Source of the DNA: a virus
Lineage: Duplodnaviria > Caudoviricetes
IMG/VR virus record: IMGVR_UViG_3300008251_000010
Location: 1 to 45,971 of that record
DNA length: 45,971 nt
Strand: one strand, 5' to 3'
Position numbers and translations under genes: made by a program. Below are positions 27,559-37,648 of the stretch, piece after piece. The notes beneath the pieces were generated by a model that saw only the letters and a program-made list of their open reading frames with translations, was not told where the DNA came from and did not search any database. Within the stretch, counting starts at the first letter, position 1, and every line of letters starts with the position of its first letter.

Positions 27559-28121
27559 TATTGGCTTAACGCTGCTAATTCACGTTCACTAAATTCTGTA
27601 CCAATTCTATTTTTTTGGCGTTCATAAATAGGCACTAATCGGCTGATCTGAAAGCGAGGCGTTCTTGTAATTTCGTTTGTTAAATTACCTTGCTCGTCTT
27701 TTTTACGCTCTATGTTTTTAGGCGCTTCAATGGCATAAATTGCAGCCATAGGTAAACCCACGCGCGTATCGCGCTTTACTGACCAAGAACCATGCTTACC
27801 ATTACGGGCATTAACATCTGACTGTCCCTCTAGGTCTGTACCTTTTGGAATAATACAGATATAGCCTATTGGCTGCTCTTGTTTGTTTTCGAAAGTATCA
27901 CTTTGGCTATTAGCTTGACTTAATGCATTGCCACCTGATTCCACGATTGATTTTGATACATCAGCTACGGGAATACCTAACTGCTCAGCGAGTTTAACTT
28001 TCAGTTCATCGAGTGTTGTGCGTTCAGGCAAATCTATGCCGTACACATCTTTTAATTCTTTAAATAACGGGGCTTTTGTTTTTTCTTTTGCGATTGATTG
28101 CGAATTTTGAAATTGTGACAT
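27558..28121 (-). CDS. Hypothetical morphogenesis protein
   Basis: Likely start MSQFQN at 28121, downstream of the capsid terminator. Confidence 0.6.
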   Translation of the reverse strand: MSQFQNSQSIAKEKTKAPLFKELKDVYGIDLPERTTLDELKVKLAEQLGIPVADVSKSIVESGGNALSQANSQSDTFENKQEQPIGYICIIPKGTDLEGQSDVNARNGKHGSWSVKRDTRVGLPMAAIYAIEAPKNIERKKDEQGNLTNEITRTPRFQISRLVPIYERQKNRIGTEFSERELAALSQ

Positions 28122-28134
28122 TTTATTTTCCCAT

Positions 28135-28161
28135 AAAAAAACCCTGCGCATTAGCAGGGTT
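28135..28161 (-). terminator. Intrinsic terminator after major capsid gene
   Basis: ACCCTGC/GCAGGGT stem with U tract on the minus strand. Confidence 0.75.
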
Positions 28162-28190
28162 ATATTTTTATTAATTTAGTGAATGTTTAA

Positions 28191-29213
28191 TTAAGCTGGT
28201 ACTGTGAACTCTAAGCGCTCTAACCAAGTGTCATTTAATATTTTTGCATTAAAGTACATTTTCCATGCAATAGAACCTGTTTGGCCTAATTCATCACCCG
28301 GCGTTGCATTACCAGGCTGGCGTACAATTGGTTTAATTGGCCCACCTAACGGGAATTTTTCGCCACGTACTGCAATATGACCAAATGATTCTTTAGCCAA
28401 AACAATCATTTGGTAGATGTTTACATTTGCACCACCATTTGACTCCATGCCTGTAGCACCTGTGACACCACCGGCATCTAAAATGGAATCGAACTCTGGT
28501 GAAGTTACAATGCGCGTTTGTTCAAATTGACCAAACTCGTCATCACACACTGTTTTACCTGTGCCGTAATCGGCAACCAATTTAAAGCCAGGTAATGCAC
28601 GTAATATATCTTCACAATCGGTATGACATACTGCGATATATGCCGATTCAACTGACTTTGTACCGTATTGCGGTGTTGATTTTGCGACTTGAGTAAACTT
28701 AGTGCCTTTCATGCGGCGTAGCATTTTTTGTGCATGGCGGATCATAGAGGCATCTAAGGTATCAACCACATCTACACGTTGTGTTTTACCACCTGCATAC
28801 GTCACAGATGTACCATTAGTGATCACATCCCACATTACCATTTCTGCGGTAATACCGGCTTGCTCACCTTGCGATTCGATCATGTCTTTTGTGACATTAT
28901 TTTCATGCAAATCTACCACTTGGTCAGTAATAGGCATCCACGCACCAAACTGCTTAATTTCTGCTATCACTTTTTCATATTGGAAAACCGTACCGCTAGG
29001 TGCTTGGCCCTCTACTAAAGCGACACGAATAGGCGCTAATGACTTTTTACGCTGCCAGTGAATTTGATTACCTGACTTTTTAGATAAAAACGCTGGCACA
29101 CCAAACTTGCCCAAAACTTCTTTGTTCATGGCATGTTTAAGATATGTTTTTTCTGCTTGAAAACCGACTGTCTGGTCAATTTGACCGTATTTATTCATTG
29201 TTGGTGCTGACAT
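28191..29213 (-). CDS. Major capsid protein (N4 gp56-like family)
   Basis: 340 aa; VLGKFG, LVEGQAPSG, KQFGAWMPITD, CHTDCE, DELGQTGSIAWK, ILNDTW motifs. Confidence 0.88.
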   Translation of the reverse strand: MSAPTMNKYGQIDQTVGFQAEKTYLKHAMNKEVLGKFGVPAFLSKKSGNQIHWQRKKSLAPIRVALVEGQAPSGTVFQYEKVIAEIKQFGAWMPITDQVVDLHENNVTKDMIESQGEQAGITAEMVMWDVITNGTSVTYAGGKTQRVDVVDTLDASMIRHAQKMLRRMKGTKFTQVAKSTPQYGTKSVESAYIAVCHTDCEDILRALPGFKLVADYGTGKTVCDDEFGQFEQTRIVTSPEFDSILDAGGVTGATGMESNGGANVNIYQMIVLAKESFGHIAVRGEKFPLGGPIKPIVRQPGNATPGDELGQTGSIAWKMYFNAKILNDTWLERLEFTVPA

Positions 29214-29229
29214 GGCACTCTCCTAAAAA

Positions 29230-30090
29230 TTAGCTGTATTCTTTATTCATTTCCGCTTCTAAATCAAATGCACCTTCTTGCGCCTGTGCGGGATAAGCTC
29301 CACTTGAATTGGGCTTTCCTGCTGGCTTTCGGATGTGTGGTTTAGGGGCGGCGGTTTGTGCCTTGAAGTTGTTTAATGTCTGAATGACATCTGCGGGATT
29401 GGCTGACATAGCACGTTGCTTTGAAAAATCATCTAAACCTTGGTAGTAGCTCACAAACTCAGGACTATTCCATGTGGTTTCAAATCCATCATGCACACTG
29501 GCTACGGTGTTTTTGAATAGGGATTGCTGATTTGCTTGCTCTTGCTCTAAGTGATATTGCGCATCTTCGGTTAGCTGATTATGTATGTTTAAGCTGGTTT
29601 CGTGCTGGCCTTGCAGTGCGGCATTTTGCGCACTGAATTGGCTTTGCAATTCAGGCATTTCTTCCAGAAGTTCTTTGGTATCGTCACTTTGCGTTGGCGG
29701 CACATAAGCTTGTGGCGCACTTTGCTCTAACTTGGTCACTTTGGTTTGTAAGGCACTTACTCGCCCTTGTGACGATTGGAATTTATGCAGATTGTCTTTG
29801 GCAATTTGCTCCCAGTCAGTTGTTGCAGTTGATTGCTCAGCGTGTACGGCGCTGGGCGTTTCATCGGCAAGTGTATCGGTGTCGTTACCTAAGCCGCCTT
29901 GGTCACTGTGCTGTTCACTGGATAATTCGGCGCTTGAGCCTGTTTGCAATGCAGTATCAAGTGTTGCGGGATCATCTAAGCTGTATTCAGCGTTGTACAT
30001 TTGTTCAAGCGTTAGCTCTGAGCTACTTTGTAGGTCTAGTCCTGCTGCTTGTAAATGTGTGTGTTCAGGGTCGGTTACTGGATTGGTCAT
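29230..30090 (-). CDS. Capsid scaffolding protein
   Basis: Acidic low-complexity N-terminus, coiled coil (FQSSQGRVSALQ), directly upstream of the capsid gene; start MTNPV preferred. Confidence 0.7.
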   Translation of the reverse strand: MTNPVTDPEHTHLQAAGLDLQSSSELTLEQMYNAEYSLDDPATLDTALQTGSSAELSSEQHSDQGGLGNDTDTLADETPSAVHAEQSTATTDWEQIAKDNLHKFQSSQGRVSALQTKVTKLEQSAPQAYVPPTQSDDTKELLEEMPELQSQFSAQNAALQGQHETSLNIHNQLTEDAQYHLEQEQANQQSLFKNTVASVHDGFETTWNSPEFVSYYQGLDDFSKQRAMSANPADVIQTLNNFKAQTAAPKPHIRKPAGKPNSSGAYPAQAQEGAFDLEAEMNKEYS

Positions 30091-30136
30091 TGGGTTGTAC
30101 CTTGTATTAAGCACGGGCAAACTTTTGCGCGGGCAT

Positions 30137-30170
30137 AAAAAAACCGCCTAAGTGCAAAACACTAAGGCGG
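30137..30170 (-). terminator. Intrinsic terminator between portal region and scaffold
   Basis: CCGCCT..AGGCGG stem with U tract on the minus strand. Confidence 0.65.
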
Positions 30171-30256
30171 CTAAAAAAGGCGTAACAGCTTGGCTGTTAG
30201 GCCCAGGGAAATTGTTTATTTGTTACATTAAAACTGATATTTAAAACTTAATAATT

Positions 30257-30430
30257 TCAATCTTGGCGTTCTAAATTATCAAGTTTTTTTTTAAGTTCTT
30301 CTAGGGCGAGATGTTGCCCGCGCATTAAATCTGAATCACGTTGTTCTACATTGGTTTCTAAAATGTTTTCGGCTAGTGTTTTTTGCTCAGATTCGATGTA
30401 TTTTATAAGGGTTTGTTTACTGACATTCAT
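30257..30430 (-). CDS. Small helical protein after portal, 57 aa (not in ORF track)
   Basis: TAATG overlap with the portal stop; MNVSKQTLIKYIESEQKTLAENILETNVEQRDSDLMRGQHLALEELKKKLDNLERQD. Confidence 0.7.
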   Translation of the reverse strand: MNVSKQTLIKYIESEQKTLAENILETNVEQRDSDLMRGQHLALEELKKKLDNLERQD

Positions 30431-32676
30431 TAAGCTGACTCCAAACCTATATTTGCTCTTTCGCCTTGGGTTTGTTTTAAAGCAAGTTCGGCATTAAAAC
30501 GATTGGTTTGCACGGTTTCAAGATTGAGTTTTAAGGTTGCCTCGCGTTCAAGTCTAAATTCTAACTCTTTCATACGCTGGTTAAATTCAGCCTCTTTAAT
30601 TTGACCTGTTGTTTGCAGTTTATTTAATTCGGTTTGCTGTTTTATCAGTTCAATTTCACGTTTATTAACTTGATCTTTTTCAGCTAATTGATTTTTTAAA
30701 CTGTATTCAAGTTGCAGCAATTGGGATTTGGCTTGTAGTTCATTATCTTGGCCTTGACCCTCGCCTTGTTCATCTTCTTTTGGCTGTTGTGACTCTTGCA
30801 GTTGCTTTATTTCGTCATCAGTTGGAATTAGGCTGTCGTCCATTGCATTGATTTGACACCATTCACGTAACCATTGAATTGCTTTTATTTGTACTACTGG
30901 CATGAGTGCTGGATTAGTGGATGCCATATTCAGCATGTTGATTATGTTTTGACTTTGTACTTCGCGTACTAATAATGCAGATACGCCTTTGGCATTTACA
31001 TTGTAATCGCCTTTAACATTATCATCGTCATGCTCTGCCATGTTGTAATGATAAAAGCCGGTGATAATGGGCTTTATCATATTGTGATCCCAATCCATCA
31101 CTTGGTTTCTGCGCACGGTATTGGCAGCATTCATTAACATAGACATACCGCCTAATGTTTGTGATGCTGGTCCTTGCTCACCTTGTTGCAACATTGGCAC
31201 ACCGGTTAGCTCGTCCATTGCGCCTTTTGCCAGGGCAATCACATTGGCGTTTTCGTTTTGGCGTGATTCTATATTAAAGGTTTCGAATGCCTCTTTGATT
31301 GACGCATTTAGCTTTTTAATGCGCCACGGCTTACCTGCTTTGACTTCGTATTTGCCATCGAACGGTTCAACTATTCCCTCACGTATGGCTATCATAGGTA
31401 TACCCGATATAGCGCTGTTATCTAACATCATGCGCCATGCGGTGTTATATACATCTTGGGCATGACCGCCTAAATGCAAAACGCCTTTGCCAAAAATACA
31501 GGTGTCGTCTTCTTCCCAGTTCCAAACTTGGTAAGGTTGTACTTGTTCACGGTCAAATAATAATGGCTCTATGTTCAGTACAATGCCGCCACAATAGGTG
31601 ACTTCGACATCGGGCATTTGTTTTAATTCATCAATTTCTTGTTGGTGTTCGTCTGCACCACTGGCTGCTAAAAACTCGTCTTTTACGGCTTCGGGTACTT
31701 GACCTATAAATGTCCATATTTCGTATCTATCATCATCACTTGATGTTTGCATACCCGCTAATGCCCGTATATTGTCGAGCATTTCGGTATTGTGCTGGGT
31801 TTTGTTACCGTCTTTATTAAGCTGTAATAAACGGCGGGTACTGGCTTTTATTAATGGGTTTTCGCTATCGTTTGCCCAGCGTTGTAATTCGGCTTTGGTG
31901 GTATAGTCGCGCTCAAAAAAGAATCGTGAATCTTCGGTTGTTGAGGCTGTCATATCTGGGTAAAAATCCCAAGGTCGCACTTGGCGTAGCCCTAGTGTAT
32001 GTTTAATAATACGTTGCTTTTGCCACTTATTATCTTTGCCTTTACCAAACTGGTACTGCGGTGCATCTATTTTAATAGGCGAACGCACGATGCCTGTGCC
32101 TAAACGTGATCCGTCTTGTATTACTTTGCGCCATTGTGATTCTGCTTTACATTCGATAAGTTGATCTTCAATCAACAATTCCATTGCTGCGGCTTTTTCT
32201 TTAGCTTGTTGCTGCTCTCTGGATGCTAAGTCTTTTTCGGTGACTTGTTCTGTTTCGCCTTGCTCGTTTTGTACTTCTAATGGCTGACCATCTATTGTTA
32301 CTTTTTTATCTGATTGCAGTGCTTTGTCTAAGTCTGGTATTGGTGTGGCTGATATGCCCCATGCCTTGCCTGAACTGGGAATAGCGGTTTCTGATATTTG
32401 TGCTTCACCGGCATTACACTTTTGGCGTAGGTGGTTCATGTATACTTTTGAGCGACCTTGCATATCTTTTAGTTCTGCATCGGTATATGTGCCATTAAAG
32501 CGCTGTAAATCTTCTATCAATCTTTGGTCGATAATAGACCTTGCTGCTATTTGAACGGCTAATAGGGTTTCTAGATGTTGGGCAAAAAAGTCTAACTTAG
32601 TTAGCTCGTTGTACTCAGTATCTTGCCAGTGTGGGTATTGTTTTTGTACTGCTTGCGATACTTTTAAGCGATTCAT
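30430..32676 (-). CDS. Portal protein
   Basis: 748 aa after TerL; RLGTGIVR, VRPWDFYPD, TLGGMSMLM, GDYNV; coiled-coil C-terminus. Confidence 0.85.
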   Translation of the reverse strand: MNRLKVSQAVQKQYPHWQDTEYNELTKLDFFAQHLETLLAVQIAARSIIDQRLIEDLQRFNGTYTDAELKDMQGRSKVYMNHLRQKCNAGEAQISETAIPSSGKAWGISATPIPDLDKALQSDKKVTIDGQPLEVQNEQGETEQVTEKDLASREQQQAKEKAAAMELLIEDQLIECKAESQWRKVIQDGSRLGTGIVRSPIKIDAPQYQFGKGKDNKWQKQRIIKHTLGLRQVRPWDFYPDMTASTTEDSRFFFERDYTTKAELQRWANDSENPLIKASTRRLLQLNKDGNKTQHNTEMLDNIRALAGMQTSSDDDRYEIWTFIGQVPEAVKDEFLAASGADEHQQEIDELKQMPDVEVTYCGGIVLNIEPLLFDREQVQPYQVWNWEEDDTCIFGKGVLHLGGHAQDVYNTAWRMMLDNSAISGIPMIAIREGIVEPFDGKYEVKAGKPWRIKKLNASIKEAFETFNIESRQNENANVIALAKGAMDELTGVPMLQQGEQGPASQTLGGMSMLMNAANTVRRNQVMDWDHNMIKPIITGFYHYNMAEHDDDNVKGDYNVNAKGVSALLVREVQSQNIINMLNMASTNPALMPVVQIKAIQWLREWCQINAMDDSLIPTDDEIKQLQESQQPKEDEQGEGQGQDNELQAKSQLLQLEYSLKNQLAEKDQVNKREIELIKQQTELNKLQTTGQIKEAEFNQRMKELEFRLEREATLKLNLETVQTNRFNAELALKQTQGERANIGLESA

Positions 32677-32684
32677 GTTATGCC

Positions 32685-34247
32685 CTAGTAGCCGGTGTTT
32701 GAATTAGTTGTATAGTCGGCATAACTGCCTGGTAAAGTTTCGGTTTGTTCTGGCTCACCCCGCAAGCCCTGACATAAATACTGTAAGGCATCATGTGGAT
32801 GTGAGTGTTTATCTTTGTCTGGCTTTTCTTGGTAGCGTTCATCACCACTGACTTGTAATCTTTTATATTTATAGCCGGTAATAAAGCCTTTATTTAATAC
32901 TGTTACATCTACAGAATTAAGTAATAACATGGGCTGTCCGTAGCCCACGGTATTGCCTAAGAAATAGCGCACTGACTCAAGCCGCAGTTTAATGTTGTTC
33001 GACTTATCTGGCGCTAGTTCAAAGTGAGTAAAACCATGTTCGGTTAATATATCGAGGTCGTTATCTTCGGTTGAATCTCGGGCTACACCGGAGGGATCTA
33101 TCCAACCTTGTATTTGACCAGGCTTAATGCCCATTTCGCGCAATATGGGTTTAGCGATTTCTTTTAAAAACAGCCTAAGACCAATATTTTCGCCTATGAT
33201 CTCTTTTAAAATACGCAACTGACCGTTTGCCATTTCTTGCGCAATAATAAATGCAGGGTTACGTTTACCATCGAGGCCCGCATAGATGGGTCTGTTTTTA
33301 ACCGGTATGAGTTTATCTTTAGAGATATGCCAATCTTGGCTAAATGAATTTTCGTACACTGGCTTACCTGCTCTGACAATGGCGTATTCGTTTAAGATAT
33401 TGGCGCGAACTGTGTTTATGTCGCTGGCCTCAGTGATTTGTTTAAAGTAATACCGATAACCATTTGCATCGTTTTGTTTTTTTAAGTTATCTACGTTTTC
33501 GGCATGTTCATTGGCAATAAATAACTTTTTTAATACGCGTTTATGTAGATGTTTATCAGCGACACATTTTTTCATCCAACTGGTATATTGCTGGGGTTTA
33601 ATTTTGGTTATATCTATCAGTGCAGGGGGCTGAATAAAGTGTGTCCACTCTGCTGGTTTTATCTTTTGTTCTAACGTGTACCACCAGTGATCAGGTGCAG
33701 GTGAATTGGTGTCCATTATCACACCATTCCATGTTGCACCTGGCCCATCTTTAGTTGATGGGTAACGCCCTGTTCTTGAATATCCCGCCTCTATAATTTC
33801 AAGAGGTAGGTACTGACTCTCGTTGAAATAGCATGATGTTAATTCTAGGGACATTAGATTGTCTATATCGAGCGTGGTATCAAGGCTCATAAACAACCAT
33901 TCAATATGCACGGTTGTGCCATCGGGTAATTTACGCTTCATTACTGCGGTGATTGGCGATTTACCTTTCATGGGCGCTAATGATGGTGGAAACCAATCTT
34001 GAAAAGTTTTGATTGTGGTTGTTTCTAATTGCCGATAACTATTACGCACCACTGCATGACGGGTTTTACGAATGCCGTTTTCATCTGGTTGCTGTATAAC
34101 GCAACTGATATACATTAACTTTTGTAAGCATTGTACTGACTTACCTGAACCCACCGGTCCACGTATGGCTTGATAGTCGTTCGTGCAGTCAAAAAAAGCG
34201 ATAGCGGTAGGTGTACGTTTGTACTTTATGGCCTTTTTTGATTTCAT
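32685..34247 (-). CDS. terL: Terminase large subunit
   Basis: GPVGSGKS Walker A, MDTNSP, YAGLD, IDPSG, SHPHDALQY nuclease motifs. Confidence 0.92.
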   Translation of the reverse strand: MKSKKAIKYKRTPTAIAFFDCTNDYQAIRGPVGSGKSVQCLQKLMYISCVIQQPDENGIRKTRHAVVRNSYRQLETTTIKTFQDWFPPSLAPMKGKSPITAVMKRKLPDGTTVHIEWLFMSLDTTLDIDNLMSLELTSCYFNESQYLPLEIIEAGYSRTGRYPSTKDGPGATWNGVIMDTNSPAPDHWWYTLEQKIKPAEWTHFIQPPALIDITKIKPQQYTSWMKKCVADKHLHKRVLKKLFIANEHAENVDNLKKQNDANGYRYYFKQITEASDINTVRANILNEYAIVRAGKPVYENSFSQDWHISKDKLIPVKNRPIYAGLDGKRNPAFIIAQEMANGQLRILKEIIGENIGLRLFLKEIAKPILREMGIKPGQIQGWIDPSGVARDSTEDNDLDILTEHGFTHFELAPDKSNNIKLRLESVRYFLGNTVGYGQPMLLLNSVDVTVLNKGFITGYKYKRLQVSGDERYQEKPDKDKHSHPHDALQYLCQGLRGEPEQTETLPGSYADYTTNSNTGY

Positions 34248-34828
34248 TATTCTATGCTATAAGTGAATTCTTGCAGTTCTTCATCTGGCTTATCATTAAG
34301 ATCATGTGCTTGGCGAGACAGTTGCATGACTGTATTGGCTGCTTTGGTAAAGTGCCCTAATGATTTTCCTAAGTCTTCAATAGAATATTCCGCTTCAAAT
34401 TGGTCGCCATTTTTACTGATTGCGGTAAACGTTGGGTTTTGTAACTTTTCCATTACTAGGTTTTTATACAGATTTACTGCGGTTCTGGCTTCACGTATAT
34501 CTGTGCGGTGTTCTTCTATCACCATAACATTAGCTATGGCACTTGATTCAATCGCTTGCTGTTGCTCTGTAAATCCTAACTTAGCCGATTGTTGTGCTGA
34601 TACATCAACTTGGGTAAGTGCTAAAATATCTTTGGTACGTTGCGCTACTTTATCTTTTAAAGGTTTGCCCCAAGGTTCGCCCGATTTTTCGGCACGGCTA
34701 ATACGGCTATAAATAGTAGGCGCTTTGATATTGTGCTTTTTAGCCAGTTCACTTACTTTTGTACCGGCTTGATATTCTGCTTTTATTAGCGGCCAATTGG
34801 GTTCTGACTTATTATTTTTATCAGCCAT
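34247..34828 (-). CDS. terS: Terminase small subunit
   Basis: PNWPLIKAEYQAG...ELAKKHNI N-terminal HTH; coupled to terL. Confidence 0.85.
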   Translation of the reverse strand: MADKNNKSEPNWPLIKAEYQAGTKVSELAKKHNIKAPTIYSRISRAEKSGEPWGKPLKDKVAQRTKDILALTQVDVSAQQSAKLGFTEQQQAIESSAIANVMVIEEHRTDIREARTAVNLYKNLVMEKLQNPTFTAISKNGDQFEAEYSIEDLGKSLGHFTKAANTVMQLSRQAHDLNDKPDEELQEFTYSIE

Positions 34829-34831
34829 GTA

Positions 34832-35080
34832 TTAGCCCTCTATGGTTTTTATAGAGACTTTTTGCACACCTGTTGCGGTGATACGCAATAAACTGCCTCG
34901 TGCTAGTTGATGTTGCTCTGTCTCTGGGCTTAGCTCTGTTGCCACCTCTAAATCGGCATGAACATGCACTAGCTCTATTTTTGCGCCTTTGTTTATATAC
35001 TCAATGATTTTTTTATTATCACCGTGAACCAGACTTTGTACTGGGGTGCTGCTGGCATCAATAATGCGATTGTCTGACAT
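34832..35080 (-). CDS. Small hypothetical protein
   Basis: 82 aa with AGGA RBS, just upstream of terS. Confidence 0.6.
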   Translation of the reverse strand: MSDNRIIDASSTPVQSLVHGDNKKIIEYINKGAKIELVHVHADLEVATELSPETEQHQLARGSLLRITATGVQKVSIKTIEG

Positions 35081-35121
35081 AACGAATTCCTAGTGATTAG
35101 CTGTTGTAAATAAACAGGCAT

Positions 35122-35143
35122 AAAAAAACCCGCTAAGTGCGGG
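35122..35143 (-). terminator. Intrinsic terminator
   Basis: CCCGC-taagt-GCGGG with U tract on the minus strand. Confidence 0.6.
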
Positions 35144-35168
35144 CTGTGTTTTTATAGTGTGTTGTTAG

Positions 35169-35498
35169 CTATGCTGTTTCTGACTGTGATTGTTTAGGCA
35201 TAAAAGCAGGGTGATTTTTGTGTAACCATTGCCCCTGCGCCTCTGATAATACTAACAATCGCCCCGTTGGCGTTTCAGTTCGCATTTGGTCGATTATTGC
35301 AACTAACTGTGTTGTTGTTAAACCTGTTTGCTCTGAGTCGTTTGTTGAATTAAAACCTTGCTCGTAAAGCTTTACAATTTCACCCTCAAACCCATGTGGA
35401 AACGTACCAGATAAATAAAACTTACCATCGTACAAAGGTGCGTCTGGGTTAGCTGCTAGTAACAGTTGGGCATAATCTGTGTGCATTATGTGATACAT
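35169..35498 (-). CDS. Hypothetical protein
   Basis: 109 aa, GGAGG RBS inside the upstream gene end. Confidence 0.65.
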   Translation of the reverse strand: MYHIMHTDYAQLLLAANPDAPLYDGKFYLSGTFPHGFEGEIVKLYEQGFNSTNDSEQTGLTTTQLVAIIDQMRTETPTGRLLVLSEAQGQWLHKNHPAFMPKQSQSETA

Positions 35499-35500
35499 GG

Positions 35501-36838
35501 TTATGCCTCCTTTATCTCACGTTGAAAAACAATATTTTTAACAGTCGAACCCGCATCAACATCAGAATCAAACCATAAGTTCCTTAGAGGTACAAATGTA
35601 CTAAATTCATTAAAACCTGACTCAAGACTTCTTTGTTGGTTGTAGGTATCCGTTGCATCCCTTGTGTAAAGCAACATGCTCGTAGTGTCAGTAGTAACAG
35701 TGACTCTATAGTTACCTGCGGGTACAAGTTGACCTCCCCATCTACCTGAAAGCGCCCCCCAAGTGTTTGCATTTTTAGAGTAACTCCCATCTAAGTTGTC
35801 AGTCCAAGAAGCAGCCACACTAGGAGGCTCAAAGTAATTTATGACAGACAACCAACTCTTATCTTTATCGCTATACGCCATTAACTCGCGTAGATTTTCG
35901 GGGATGTTGATGTATTGGATTGCGTTTGATACTTGCTTGATGCTGACAGCGCCAAAAACTGCATAGCCAACAGCATTACCGCCATGCATGCGTAAAGATA
36001 AACGACTACCTACAGGCTTAAATGAGCCTTTATTTAAGCCCTCTAAGTTACCTTGCCAAATGATATTCGAACCATTATCTAAATCTCTAACTTGCAGATA
36101 CCCTCTAGCTGTTCCTGTATCTTTTATAAAACCTACAATCTCTACTGGCTCACCTGCTATTACATTAATATCTTGAGCTATAGTAGAATACGTATCGGCT
36201 TGCTCTAGCCTAACCTCTCCATCACTCCATGTTGGCGTAACTGGCAAAGTGACATGCCAATTAGTTGAGCCAGCCTCATAGTTGCCATTTTTAACTAATT
36301 CAAGTCCGTAAACATTCTCTTTAGGTAGCTCATAATTAGCTGTTTTATTGCCAAGTTCGTATGTTTCAGTCACGCCAATTTTTATAAATTCAATATCGTA
36401 AAATATAAAGTCACAATAATATATCGAGCCTTTGTATCGACCTATATATGTAATTTCAAGTGGACTTAAAATTGTTAACTCTATTACATAAGATTTACCG
36501 TCAGTAGGGTATTTTGTAACACCTGAAATGATTTCAACACCATTGATAGTAGCGCTACAGTTATTAGTCTGAAATAAATCATTTTTAAAATGCAATAAAG
36601 CAGGAGTCCCAGAGCCATCTTTAGGCGATAAAAATACACTTGTAATTCCGGAGTATACTCCTGTAGGCGCAACAAACTTAAACCTAACAACATTCCCCGC
36701 AACTAAATTAATAGGCTTTAAAAGCTCATAATGACTCGCTTGCACTGGGTCTAGCTTTATCATGTAGCGTTGTTTAAGTTTTTTTGGCAGTAAGCGATTG
36801 AGCTTTTTAAACTTTTTTAACTTAAACAATGATTTCAT
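35501..36838 (-). CDS. Beta-rich protein with carbohydrate-binding/lectin-like modules
   Basis: 445 aa; ELVKNGNYEAGSTNW...VSIKQV resembles CBM-like jelly-roll modules; very basic N-terminus. Confidence 0.55.
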   Translation of the reverse strand: MKSLFKLKKFKKLNRLLPKKLKQRYMIKLDPVQASHYELLKPINLVAGNVVRFKFVAPTGVYSGITSVFLSPKDGSGTPALLHFKNDLFQTNNCSATINGVEIISGVTKYPTDGKSYVIELTILSPLEITYIGRYKGSIYYCDFIFYDIEFIKIGVTETYELGNKTANYELPKENVYGLELVKNGNYEAGSTNWHVTLPVTPTWSDGEVRLEQADTYSTIAQDINVIAGEPVEIVGFIKDTGTARGYLQVRDLDNGSNIIWQGNLEGLNKGSFKPVGSRLSLRMHGGNAVGYAVFGAVSIKQVSNAIQYINIPENLRELMAYSDKDKSWLSVINYFEPPSVAASWTDNLDGSYSKNANTWGALSGRWGGQLVPAGNYRVTVTTDTTSMLLYTRDATDTYNQQRSLESGFNEFSTFVPLRNLWFDSDVDAGSTVKNIVFQREIKEA

Positions 36839-36839
36839 T

Positions 36840-37427
36840 TTAGGCTCTTTTAATTTTGTCTCTGATTATTGCAGCTAGTTGCGGGGCGTTTTGGTTATCA
36901 AAGCCACCGCTATGACTTAAATACAGGCTAGATAAATCTATATTAATTACTCTTGGGTCATTGCCTGTGTAACCAGTTGCGCCCATTTGCCCCCAAATAA
37001 AGTCTTTATTATTTTTAAAGGGCGGAATGTAACGCAACCAAGTTGACAGCTTTACCGGTAAATCACCTTTTGAGTGATATACAAATATCTTTTTAAGATG
37101 GCTGGGAAACTTAAAATTACTTTTAAGTGCAGGGTTAATTAAATGCAGTTGCTTAAATGGCGCACCTAAATTGGCAGCCATCGCCAATACTGAACAACCA
37201 TTAGAATGACCTATGCCAATATCGTTTGGCTCTGATAAACCATTGAGCATAGCCGCTAAGTTATCATTAAAATAAGCCACACCCGCTAAAGATAAGTGAC
37301 CATAATCAGCTTGTTTGATTTTGGTATTAGGGCGTTTTAAATGTGGTATCAGCTTATCTAAGGTATTAGCGCCACCGTCCCTGACATTGAAGCCATGCGC
37401 CAACAACACACGATTTTTCGGTTTCAT
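36840..37427 (-). CDS. Alpha/beta hydrolase
   Basis: LLAHGFN, GHSNG nucleophile elbow, LINPAL, GD and SHSG (Ser-Asp-His triad). Confidence 0.8.
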   Translation of the reverse strand: MKPKNRVLLAHGFNVRDGGANTLDKLIPHLKRPNTKIKQADYGHLSLAGVAYFNDNLAAMLNGLSEPNDIGIGHSNGCSVLAMAANLGAPFKQLHLINPALKSNFKFPSHLKKIFVYHSKGDLPVKLSTWLRYIPPFKNNKDFIWGQMGATGYTGNDPRVINIDLSSLYLSHSGGFDNQNAPQLAAIIRDKIKRA

Positions 37428-37648
37428 AAATCACCTGCACAATGCACTTTGATAGTATGACCAGCTGCATGTTGATTGGTGACATCACGAATAATAGATC
37501 GGCTTAGCTCTGGTGCTTTACAATATAACTTAATGCCTTTAGCCATTACGATACCGGCGGTATTGGCCTTATTAATTACGGTGGTTTCACAACCGGCTAA
37601 ACTGAGACTTGTTGCAATGATGGCAGCGCTTATTAATAACTTTTTCAT
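37424..37648 (-). CDS. Small lipoprotein (possible spanin-like)
   Basis: MKKLLISAAIIATSLSLAGC lipobox; overlaps the 3' end of the putative endolysin. Confidence 0.7.
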   Translation of the reverse strand: MKKLLISAAIIATSLSLAGCETTVINKANTAGIVMAKGIKLYCKAPELSRSIIRDVTNQHAAGHTIKVHCAGDL

